A DNA stretch of 64,000 bases from Lama guanicoe (taxonomy: Eukaryota): contig MU054098.1 in NCBI GenBank assembly GCA_013239625.1, forward strand, positions 1,346,042 to 1,410,041, in the 5' to 3' direction. How positions within the stretch are numbered: the stretch's first letter is position 1; every line of letters begins with the position of its first letter. Positions 53,301 to 64,000 of the stretch are shown here, one piece after another. The notes below the pieces were generated by a model. The model saw only the letters and a list, made by a program, of their open reading frames with translations, searched no databases and was not told the DNA's origin. Position numbers and translations under genes: made by a program.

Positions 53301-55015
53301 ATTTCCTACCCCCTCCCCTAAAAGCTCAAAACAAGATGGCTTTCCTGGTTAAATCTACCAAACTTTTTTTTTTAGTTAACACCCATCCTTTACAAATTCT
53401 TCCCAAAAATAGAAGAAGAAATACTTATCAACTCATTCTATGAGGTCAATATTACTTTGATACCAAAACTAGATAACGTTATCACAAGAAAACTATACAC
53501 CAATATCCTTACAAATGGAGATGTAAAAATCATTAAGAAAATACTAGCAACCTGAATCTAGCAGCATATTAAAAGGATTATACATTATGCCTAAATGGAA
53601 TTTATCTCAGGAATGTGAAGTTGGTTCAAAAAATGAAAATCAGTCACCATGATACACCATATTAATAGAAAAAGAAAAAATGATCAAATCAATAGATGCC
53701 AGAAGAAAAGAATTTGACAAGTCTAACACTCTTTCATTATTTAAAAATATCAATAAATTAGGGATCAAACTGAAAAGGGCATATATAAAAAATTCACATG
53801 CTTTTTGCTAAAAGACAATACTTAACCTTATGATTACGAACAAGACAAGGACATTTGCTCTTGCCAGTTTAGTCTGCACTGTACTGGAGGTTCTATCCAG
53901 ATTAATTAGGTGAGAAAAAATAAAGAAAAAGCATCCAAATCGGAAAGGAACAAGTAAAACTATATACATTACAGACTACATGGTCTTGTACATAGAAGAT
54001 CCTAAGGAATCCACAAAAAAAAAAGTGAGAGCTTATAAATGACTTCATTAAGATATCAGATTATAAGATCAATATACCCAAACAGTTGTATTCCTACAGT
54101 AGCAATGAACTCTCAGAAAATTAATTTAAAAATCCATTTACAACAGTATGAAAAAGAAAAAAACAGGAATAAATCAAAACAAAGAAATGAAAGACTTGTA
54201 TAGTGAAAACTAAAAAGCATTATTGAAAGAAATTTTTTTAAAAAACTAAATAAATGGTAAGACATCCTAGATTGGAACACTTAATATTGTTTAAATGGCA
54301 GTAATCCTCAAAGTGATCTAGAGATTGAATGCAATCCCTATCAAACTCACAGCTGTCATTTTGCAGAAGTTGACATGCTAATTCTAAAAGTCATATGAAA
54401 ATGCAAGATGCTCAGAACAGCAAAGGCAGCCTTGAAAAGGCAGAACAAATTTGGAAGCCTTCCCGATTTCAAAACTTACTACAAAGTAAAACAAAAAAAA
54501 CCAAAAAAACCCCAAAAAACTTACTACAAAGTAATTAAGGCATAATGTTAGACATTTAGAGTGATGGAAAATAATTGTCTAGAAATTGACATTTATGGTC
54601 AACTGATTTTTGACAAGCATATTAAGATGATTCTTTGGGTAAGGAATAGTCTTTTTAGCAACGGTGCTGGGACAACTGGATATCAACATGCCTTTGCATG
54701 TTGAACCCTTACCTCATACCATACACAAATATTAACAAACTAAAGATCTAAATTTAAGAGCTAAATCTATAAGCTTCTTAGAAGAAAAAAATAGGTATAA
54801 ATATTTGTGACCTTGGATTGGGCAATAGTTTCTTAGAAAATGACACCTAAATCACATGCAATCGGAAAAAAAGAAAAAAGAAAAACTAGACTTCATTAAA
54901 ATTAAAAGCTTCTTTGGATCAAATGACATCATGATAGTGAAAAGATATCCTATAGAAGAGAACATTTATAAATCATTTATTAGCTATCATATGAAATCAT
55001 ATATATCTGATAATC
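50343..55015 (+). mobile_element. Old LINE-1 from 5' tip through most of ORF2, with several internal deletions and no 3' end
   Basis: 5' gtcagcaaaaatggtggag. ORF1 start about 51400-51710. ORF2 motifs gacaaaatagactttaagac, aagtacacatggaacattc, ttctatgaggtcaatattac, ggtgctgggacaactggatatc. Confidence 0.88.
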
Positions 55016-55017
55016 AT

Positions 55018-55169
55018 TTGACTGTTTTTCAGAGCTCCTTAAGTTATTTTAGCTAGTATTTAGTTTTTTTGGGGTTTTGGTTTTTTTTTTTTTTTTTTGT
55101 TTTTTTTAATTTCTGTGAGGGAACAAGGGCCTGGAGCTTCCTGCTCTATCATCTTTCTGATGTCACCCC
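55018..55169 (-). mobile_element. Antisense L1 5' tip with an expanded A-tract
   Basis: Minus strand GGGGTGACATCAGAAAGATGATAGAGCAGGAAGCTCCAGG resembles L1M 5' termini. Confidence 0.55.
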
Positions 55170-55872
55170 AAATTCCAAGGTTTAAAAGCTATTACGTCTG
55201 CTTTTTTGTTCTAGGGTAAATATCACTGTTTTCATCAATTATACTCTAAAACTTGGCAACATCTATGTATTTCCCGTGATTCCTGATAAAAAGTAAAATT
55301 TGGCGATTTCACTGATAGATTTGTTCAGAGCAGGTAAATCATCTTTTTCACACTCATGTTTCTTTTAATTCCTTTAAACTACATTTTAAAATGCTCTTCA
55401 ATGATGACAAATATTAAAGAGTAGAACAGAGCTTTAACAATAAGATCTTCTGCTGTTTCCTGTCACGCATCAATAATATACCCTCTTCCTCAAACTTCAG
55501 TTTGTTTTTGCCATCACTTGCCTAAACACTCTTCTCACAATCTCCTTCCGTACAATCACAACACTTTACAAATCTAGATCCAACAGAAAGCTTCATTTGC
55601 AGTTTCAGTGATTGCTTTGGGTACATTTCTCTTTTCTTCCTTTATAGTATTATTCATAATATTAGTCATAACTCCATTTATGATAATACTCACCCCCTCT
55701 TTAATCATTAACTTTTATTTAAGAGTCTCACGTAATGGGATCAAAGATATCTTTCTGCTTAACTCTTTCAGTTCTTTATGAAGTCTAGGAAAATATAGTA
55801 GTGTCCAAATATTTCAATTCATGTGACTATACAATTATCTTAAAATGAAAAGTTTACTTTAAAAAAGTGAGT

Positions 55873-56299
55873 CAAATTTTGAACTCGCAGTCTATCCCTA
55901 CCCACCCATCTCCCCTTTGGCAACCACAAGTTTGTATTCTACGTCTATGAGTCTGTTTCTGTTTTGTATTTATGTTCTTTTTTTTTTCTTCTAGATTCCA
56001 CATGAGTGATCTCATATGGTATTTTTCTTTCTCTTTCAAAATTTGTAGATACTGACAGGCATATGTAGAATAGATAAACAAGACTATATTGTATAGCACA
56101 GGGAAATATATACAAGATCTTGTGGAAGCTCACAGCGAAAAAAAATGTGACAATGAATATATGTATGTTCATGTATAACTGAAAAATTGTGCTCTACACT
56201 GGAATTTGACACATTGTAAAATGACTATAACTCAATAAAAATGTTTAAAAGAAAAAAAGAAAAATATCCAAGTTTAAAAGATGACTTATACAAAGAAAA
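55873..56299 (+). mobile_element. Young 5'-inverted (twin-primed) L1 3' end
   Basis: Antisense segment 55873-56037 followed by a sense segment 56035-56265. Candidate TSD 55861-55875 / 56300-56314. Confidence 0.85.
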
Positions 56300-56515
56300 A
56301 AGAAAGTGATTCAAGAAAATAAAGGAGCATCCACTTCCTTGCAGCTAATTAGAAAACAACAATCACTCCTTTACTTGGACCAGAATATGACTTAGAAGCA
56401 CAGGGTTACTGACCTCTATTAAGCTCCCACCTCTTGGCGCCATCCAACCCTATAATCTTGAAGTTCCATCCTGCATGCTCTTTATTCCCTTGAAGAAAAT
56501 AATGTGCTCACACTC

Positions 56516-56949
56516 TGTATTAGTTTCCCATGGCTGCTATAACAAAGTACACAAACGAGGTGGCTTCAAAAAACAGAAATTTACCCTCTTACCCTTTTGG
56601 AGGCTGTAAGCGTGAAATTAAGTTGCCTACAGGGCTCTGTAAACTGTGGGGAGAAATCTTTGCCCTCAGCTGGTGGCCAACAATCCTTAGCATTCCTCGT
56701 CTTTCAGCTGTATCACTATCATTACTGTCTCTGTCTTCATATGGCATTCTCTCTGTAAGTCTATGTCTGTGTCTCGTCTCTTCTTCTTGTAAAGACACCA
56801 GTCATGTTGAATTAGGGCCCACCCTAATGACCTAATCTTTACTTGATTATATCTGTAAAGACCCTATTTCCAAATGAGGTCACATTCACAGGTACTGGAG
56901 GTTAGGACTTCAGCATATTTTTGGAGGTTACACAGTTCAATTCATAGTA
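56516..56949 (-). mobile_element. MLT1B/C-like MaLR solo LTR
   Basis: tgtattagtttcccatggctgctataacaaag...gaccctatttccaaatgaggtcacattcacaggtactggaggttaggacttc. TSD CACTC/TACTC. Confidence 0.9.
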
Positions 56950-57724
56950 TACTCCAATGTTGGAACGTAAAAATAATTAAATCTAAAATACCACCCTCCC
57001 CCATTTTTCAGTTATTTCGATAGGCATCACTGCAGCCATTCTCTCTAAACTGCATCTTCCGGCAGTGCAGAGAACTGCTGGAGTTGATGGGATATTTTAG
57101 TAAAACTAAAGTCTAATTAACTTTGTGACTGATTAACTTTGTCAGTGTTTTTCAGGAAAAGGGAACGGATTTAAAGATTAATTCAGGTTTTCACAGGTGG
57201 CAGCAGATGAGGACCCAGATGCTCGCAAATCCTTTCACCCCTCAGTGGAATATTTATTGTTTAGAGCAAAAAATGTAAGAAAAAAATAGGGAAGGCATGC
57301 AATACAAGTGACTTCTGAAATTTTTCTCTTTTTTATTCATCTGGTAGTAGAAATAATAAGAAATAGGAATATGGCCAGAATTAAGGCAATAAAAGTTCAC
57401 AAGAAAAATCATACCTGGTTAATCAGTTCCTGAATGAAATACATTCTGTCTGTAATATAAAAGTTAGTATTTCCACTAAGCATAATGTTATTAGTTTAGA
57501 AATAAAATACATTGTCATAAACGATGCAATATAGTAAAACTCTCTCTTGGCAATATTATACACTAAAATTAAAGTGGTTCCCTTAAAATTGGGGAGGATT
57601 CTTTTTTCAAGGTATTGCTTAGAATCGAAAAGCTATAATATAAATCCAGATTTTTCTAGACTCAAAATTTCAAACTTAATAAAACTGTCTCTCTAGATAT
57701 TCAACTACTATCCTAACTAATACT

Positions 57725-57880
57725 AAATGTTTTGTTCAACTGTCCTTCCCCAGTAGGAAAATACAATTGTAAGATAATTGAGGGACTTTGTCCAAATCCA
57801 TTCTGTTTTCCAGTGCATTTAGAATAATCATGAACACATAGTAGGTACTCAGCAAGTATCTCCCTAATAATTAAACAAAT
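57725..57880 (+). mobile_element. L2 3' end fragment
   Basis: gagggactttgtc...ccagtgcatttagaata...cacatagtaggtactcagcaagtat. Confidence 0.6.
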
Positions 57881-58471
57881 TAAAGGATGCTAGAAATAAT
57901 GGGTATTAACTCTACATTAAGACCTGTACTGTCATATTATTAAATTTTTACAAATGTTGCTCTTTTAATTAAAATTGGAAAATGAATGTGAAACCATTTT
58001 AAATTGTAAAGTCCCTTACAAATGTAAGTTATTAATATAATTAATGAGTTGATACATGACATTTTTTAAAAATGAAAGATCCCCCCTTTGGGTCATTTAT
58101 TGTTTCCTTTCTGAGTACAATTTTCCATTAAATTAATTTATTTCTCTGGTTCATATTATAAGATGACTTTGGAATGTCCTCTATATGAAGCATATGTGGC
58201 TGAGAGAAAAACTGTGTTCATACTGCGGGACTTAATGCATTGATAAAACTAAGCCTCATCATAGTTTGAGTGTCTTTGTGAAGCATCCACTTCGTAAAAC
58301 TATAAAATCTGTGCTGTTCAATGTAAGTTAACATATTTAAAGTTAGATATTTCACATATTTAACATTTTGCAAAATATAAACAAAAACCTTTCAGTGAAG
58401 TTAAGTATTTTAAAAGAAGTGTCATGATAGGAATTACTTTGAGAGAGTGGAACAGAAATATGATTACAAGT

Positions 58472-58615
58472 GGGGAAGTATAGCTCAGTGGTAGAGCGCA
58501 TGCCTAGTATGAACGAGGTCCTGGGTTCAATCCCCAGTACTTCCTTTAAAAAAAAATTAATTAAATAAATAAACCTTATTACCCATCCCAAACATTTTTT
58601 AAAATTTTTTTAAAA
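58472..58615 (+). mobile_element. tRNA-derived SINE, camelid Vic-1-like
   Basis: GGGGAAGTATAGCTCAGTGGTAGAGCGCATGCCTAGTATGAACGAGGTCCTGGGTTCAATCCCCAG. 18-bp TSD AGAAATATGATTACAAGT (58454-58471) / AGAAATATGGTTGCGAGT (58616-58633). Confidence 0.92.
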
Positions 58616-58724
58616 AGAAATATGGTTGCGAGTTAAATACTATTTTTATTGGAAAGGAGTTTAGTAGCCTCAGGGATTCTGGTTATGAATGCAAAAAGAA
58701 AAAGGATCTGGAACAAGCAGTAAG

Positions 58725-59460
58725 CTCATCATCTCCCCTCTGCATCCCTTCTCCCTGGCTCTCACCTAGATCACTGCAATTGTCACCTTCCTGACTTCCA
58801 TGCCTCCAAGTCTTGCCCCTTTCCAACCCACTCTCTATGATTCAACAAGAATTATCTTTCTGTAATGTAAATATGATCCTGTTACTCTTCTGTTTAAAAT
58901 GTTTTAATGATTATCCACTTCCCACAAAATGAAGGCCAAACTTGTTACCATGGACTTTGAGACCCATTGCACTCATGCTTTTCTCTCCAGCCTTATTTCT
59001 ATTTTTCTGCTCACTGCCCCGTCACTATCCAGCCCTCAAGCTCCAGTCATGCTGAATTGATCAGAATGCTTCAGTGTTAGTCTCTCTCCAGCTTTGGGCC
59101 CTCTTCACATGCTAAATTGCTAATAATCTTTTCAAGATCTCTCATGACACAATTTAGTAATCACTTTATGTGATCCCATAGGACTCATCAGACTTCAAAA
59201 CTCCTACTGATTTTTTAAGGCTCAGTTCAAAGGCTAACAATACTCTTTTAATCCTTCCTTAACTCTCCCAGGCAGAGTTAGTCTCTTTTTCTTAGCTCCT
59301 TTTGAATTATGCACATTTCTCAATTAAGGCTTTAACTTTACTGCATTTTAGTTCTTTATCTGCCTCTGCACTGTATCCACAGCATCCTAGGAATGTGCTT
59401 AATACAAAGTCAATGTCCAATAAACATTTTAATGACTAAGTGTATCAGTAAATCAACCAA
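58725..59460 (+). mobile_element. L2 LINE 3' region
   Basis: ctctcacctagatcactgcaat...aaatatgatcctgttactcttctgtttaaaa...caataaacatttt. Confidence 0.8.
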
Positions 59461-59464
59461 TAAC

Positions 59465-59971
59465 TGCGAATGAAAAATATTGCCTGCCATATCAGTAAAC
59501 AAAGGATGCTGCCATCAAGTAATTAGCCACTACCACTGCCTCCAAGGGTGAGCCAGGGGGAACTCAGGATGGAGACAAGCAGGCAGCTGGCCTCTGCCAC
59601 CACCCCCAACAGTGCACCCTGAGGAAACCTAGGATGGAAAAGAACAGGATACTAGCCCTAGATGACTAAGGTGCATATCAAAGGAATGATTTTAATGAGC
59701 CCAGACGTTTGCATCTTTCCATACACAGAGAAGTGCTAAATTTCTTAACTTGAGATATCTGGCTTTCTTTAATTAACAGTAATCTTTTCCTGTTCCGACT
59801 ACCTGGTCTTTGTTGAAAAAACTCATATATATCCTGGCTCCTCCCTTATCTCTTTGGAGCAGTCTCTCAGAGCTATGTGAGAGGGCACATCCCTGGCTTA
59901 TTAAGTCCTCAGAAGTATCTGCTGAATAAAACAACTCTCAACTTTTAGGTTGTGCATTTTTTTAGTAGACA
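59465..59971 (+). mobile_element. Solo ERV1-class LTR of an artiodactyl-type family
   Basis: TG...CA termini. TATA-like tatatat near 59826 and AATAAA near 59925. End caacttttaggttgtgcattttttt...gaca. Internal imperfect repeat (g..aac..aggatgga twice). TSD not clear. Confidence 0.75.
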
Positions 59972-60345
59972 AAATAAATAACCACTAGGTATTTAAATAG
60001 TAAGGGCTAAGCAAGATAATTTAAGGAAGCACAAACTACCAAAGCAATTTCAATTGATTTTCAGAGTGGCAGAAAAAAAAACAGAGAAAAACAGTGCTGC
60101 TTTAGTGGCCATAATTTATGAACAAGATCTATTATTCACAGTACAATAGCTAAAAGCAAATTAATGTTTGTGTCTACAGCACAGATTTCTGCAGATACCT
60201 GGGGTTACATTAATCTACCATAGGTAATTATGGCAATTAATTTTGAGTGGAACTTCATGTGCCAAAGTGATTGCATATCTTTAAATATTAAAATAAATTT
60301 TTTTCTTAAATATGTTATGCAAATATTTATAATTAGTACCAAGAT

Positions 60346-60707
60346 TGCCTTAGTCCATTCAGGCTGCTATAACAGAATACTATATACTGGGTGGTTACAA
60401 ACAAAAATTTCTTTGTCATAGTCCTGGAGGCTGGGAAGCCCAAGATCACATTACCAGCAGATCTGGTGTCCAATAAGGACCCACTTCTTAGTTCAAGGAT
60501 GGCCATTTCTTGCTGTGTTTTCACAGGCAGAAAGGGCAAGGAAGCGCTCTCAGATCTCTTTTAAAAGGGTATTAATTCCATTTTTGAAGTTTTCTTCCTC
60601 ATGATCTAATCACATCTCAAAGGCCTCCGTCTTATAATACTATCACATTGAAGGTTAGGATTTCAATATATGAGTTTAGGGAAGATCCAAATATTCGGTT
60701 TATGGCA
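60346..60707 (-). mobile_element. MLT1A-like MaLR solo LTR
   Basis: tgccttagtccattcaggctgctataacagaatac...tttatggca. TSD AAGAT/AAAAT. Confidence 0.88.
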
Positions 60708-60769
60708 AAAATAAGTTTTAATTATAAAATCAACCAGAGTAAATAGAGACAGAATATTTATAGCAATTG

Positions 60770-61955
60770 TACCACTTCAAGAAATGGTGGACTACTTGGT
60801 TTTAGACCAATAATACTCCTGAGAAAATCAATAATATGTAAGATCACATTTGTTTGAATGTAATGAAATCTACCAAGATGATATGCAATTGTGAAGACAA
60901 GATCTCTAAGAGAAGGGAAATCAAGAGGGTGAGACTGATCTGACATCATTTTTCCCTTCAAAGCATTTGTCCTTTTACAGGCAGTGACTGAGAGAATGAA
61001 AAGGTAAGAGAGCTATTTGCAGTATCCCAGATCTGGAGGGAAAAAATTGGACTTTGAAACCTGACAGGAAGAGGAAGCCTGGTAAACGTCTGAGGCTTTA
61101 AGTTGGGACCCTGAAGCATTATATGCTAAGAGTGAGGGTGAACTTGAAATAGACCAGCCCTAACAAAAGCTAAAGCCAACTTTAAATCTGATAAATCCCT
61201 GATTGGAATAAAGTAATGTGCCCTTAGCTTAATTGCATATGAGAAGCAAAATTAAATTGTCCCTGGACCATATAACAATATCCAGAGCTTCAGATAATCT
61301 TCACTATTTTGTCATATGCAATAATCAGCACTCAATTTAAAACAATAAAGCATGCAAAAAGTAACAAAATTGACTAAAAACTAATAAAAATAGACTATTT
61401 AAACAAACATGTAGAATCTGGATAGTGTAGTTTTTAGACATGAATCTTAAAAAAGACACTGATTTACAATTTCAGAAATTTAGTAACAAGGAGAAGAATT
61501 CAGCCAAGAACTAGGAAATGAAACAAATAAATAGGAATTCTAGAATGAGAAATATAAATAATTAAAAATAATAAAATGGATGGGTTTAGAGATGAAGAGA
61601 GAAGAAACAAAATGTGTGTGAGGACTGAGGAGAAACTATACTGAAGCACTGAGAGACAAATTAACAGAAGAGAGTACAAGAAACGTATGGGACATGGAGA
61701 AGAATTCTGACATACACATAACTGGCATCACAAGGAGAGTAATCAGAAAATGGAGCAGAAGCAATACTTGCAGAGACAATGCCTAAGAATTTTCCAAAAT
61801 TGAGAGAGAACACCAACTTACAGATTCAAGACGTGCTACCTCAAGCTGGATAAATGCAAAGAAATCTACATGTAGGTTCATCACAGAAAACCTGCTAAAA
61901 CCCGAGATTTTTTAAATGGTAAAAACAGCCAGAGAGAGGGAAAACACATGCTACC
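60770..61955 (+). mobile_element. Ancient L1 5' region and ORF1 fragment
   Basis: acttcaagaaatggtggactac (5' tip); gaaaatggagcagaagcaatacttgcagagacaatgcctaagaattttccaaaattg (ORF1). Confidence 0.7.
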
Positions 61956-62309
61956 TTTACATTTTGAGTCGCTTTGCCCCTACAGGTATTTTACAAAATG
62001 GCGCAAGCTGAGCTCCTTCTGTGGAATCCATGTTTAGCTCATGAGAAACGTGAGAAGCGCACCCCTATTTATATATAGCCAGTCTCCGAAGGTGCAAGCT
62101 GTTTCCAAACAGCTGTCTTTTTGTTCTACTGTCCTACATATTATATCCAGATTTTAGATTTTTCAGACATAAGTCAGGTATGAGCACCTTTATCTTTAAG
62201 ATGTTTCCTCCAGGAAATACATATTAATCTCCTCTGAAACCCCATCATACCAGTTTGGGTCAACCTCTTACTCCCAGCCTGATCTCCCTCTAAAATAAAT
62301 GAGTCTCTG

Positions 62310-62440
62310 GACATTTAACACTGATAGTGATTGAGAACTCAGTATTTTTTGAGGCAGTATTCTCCATTTTTAAGCAGTTAAAATTATTAAACTATTCTCT
62401 TTGTTCTGAACCAAAATTTGCCTTTCTGTAACTTCTACTG
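62310..62440 (-). mobile_element. L3/CR1 LINE fragment
   Basis: gaggcagtattctccatt...ctgaaccaaaatttgcctttctgtaacttctac resembles antisense L3. Confidence 0.55.
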
Positions 62441-63479
62441 AAAGGCTAGTTTACATACTGGGATTAATTAATGAACAGGCAGTTGTCTAAATTTCTTCAA
62501 TGATATTCTGCAACTCAGAATTTATAACCTGCCTCAGGAAATGTTCTGTTGAAACTATTTTCTGAAAGAGCCTAAATCCCAAACAACAGAACACACTGAA
62601 TGTAAATTAAACAGCGCTCTTGAGCAGAAAATGAAATTGGTTCCATGACATGGGTTTTAAGGAAGCCCACATAATGTAAATAGCGCTGCAAGTGACTGAT
62701 AAACCTGTAAGCTCAATGGATATCCTACCTTGGTGATAACTAGTGAGGAAAATTAGTCATATGCGTGAACATATCTCAAATACTTTGATTCTATTATCTA
62801 AGCAGAAGCAGAAAATATTTGCAAGTAATTAATGACACTTGACTTCATTAATACCAATATAGTATACAGTTTTTAAATACACCCTTTTCGTTTTTATAGA
62901 AAGAGTGCTCCACTCACTATAATCCTAGGTTTAAAACTAAAGTTTGATGGTTCAGAGTTTTTCGTTATAACAGTGTATTTTACAACTGGTGCAGAAAAAT
63001 AAGTAACAACCTACCCGGTACAATTTGAAAGGCATTGGAAAACTGCCATTGCCCCAGATCTGTTTATAAAGGGTCATTCGTATTTTGGGACTTATAGTAT
63101 TATTTATTAGGTTATTTCTGAGCTCTTAAACATCAATACAAATTAGATAAATGCACAACAGAATACTAGAAAGGGGAGAAGAATATGGTCCTCAAACTTT
63201 TTTAAATGCAAAAGGACAAGAATTGTATAAAATATGCCTAACTTCCTAGAAATAAATTAGCAAAATTAAAGCAACAAGATTCTATTTTTCATCTATGATA
63301 TTGGCAATTATGTTTTTACTAACAATATCCATTATTGATGTGTTTGAGAAAAGCACACTCTTATTCACTTTTGATAGTAGTGTAGAATGTCATTTATTTA
63401 TTTATGTTTATTTATTTATCTATCTAGTGATTAATGAAAAGGAAAAAAATTCATAAATACAGCAAACATGACCCAATGA

Positions 63480-64000
63480 AGATGAAGAAATTAATGTCTC
63501 CAACACCTCAGGGATAATGTCTTTGTTGCCATCACCCCAGACAAGAAAATCAGACTTTCTGAAGAGTTGGTCATGGATGAGAGCTATCTAGAATGTGTAA
63601 AGGAGAAGGGGGATGAATATTACCTATATTGCCAGAATCAGTAACAAGCAGAGTACAGCTTCTTCCAATAAGCTTCCTGTATCAAAAATTGTATAGAGAT
63701 TGTGACTAGCCACTAACTTCAATACTGATTGGACTTAGTGTCACCTCACATAATCTCAGCACCAACCCTGAACCCAGTCATGTCCATCATGAACAGTTTC
63801 ATCCTATTTCACACCAACTTCCTCAAGAAGGTCCCACATTTCTCTCATTTATGGCCCTAGGATCCCACCTATGGGAGCAGCTCGGCACTTGTATACGTGC
63901 TACCAAGAAGTGTGAGGGAGTTTAACACCCCATGAAACAACTCTCAAGCAAAAGAAGATGGGAGTCAATGATTAAGTGCTTTTGCCATTTATCCTCCAAC
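63480..64000 (+). mobile_element. ERVL internal 3' end joined to an LTR16-like LTR (runs off the window)
   Basis: 63540-63660 resembles the ERVL/MaLR internal 3' end. LTR from about 63701 with gagggagtttaacaccccatgaaacaactctc...gatgggagtcaatg. Confidence 0.6.

Noticed and set aside
58472..58545. tRNA gene (also 21510-21582 on the minus strand)
   Set aside because: It has A/B boxes but continues into a SINE body with an A-rich tail and TSDs. It is a tRNA-derived SINE.
1..64000. Novel gene system, CRISPR array, operon or host protein-coding gene
   Set aside because: The DNA is eukaryotic and repeat-dominated. There is no regularly spaced repeat-spacer array, no ORF over 148 aa, and no ORF with recognisable non-transposon protein similarity.

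Overview
AT-rich mammalian genomic DNA, most likely from a camelid (two Vic-1-like tRNA-derived SINEs; no Alu, Bov-A/BovB or PRE-1 seen). By eye about three quarters of the window is decayed transposable element. Most of it is LINE-1 of several ages, strongly biased to the + strand, alongside L2, MIR, L3/CR1, solo LTRs (ERV1, ERVL, MaLR) and hAT-type MITEs, often nested. I found no convincing host protein-coding exon, RNA gene or CpG island. The supplied ORFs are L1 ORF1/ORF2 remnants or chance frames. I do not see a novel gene system. The interesting content is small-scale genome-evolution scars: an ERVL LTR carrying an integrase fragment between duplicated termini, a two-template insertion inside an L1, a microhomology-deleted L1, twin-primed inverted L1s and two poly(A)-only insertions with target-site duplications (TSDs). 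Family names come from my recall of Repbase/Dfam consensus sequences, not from a search. Boundaries without a TSD are approximate.
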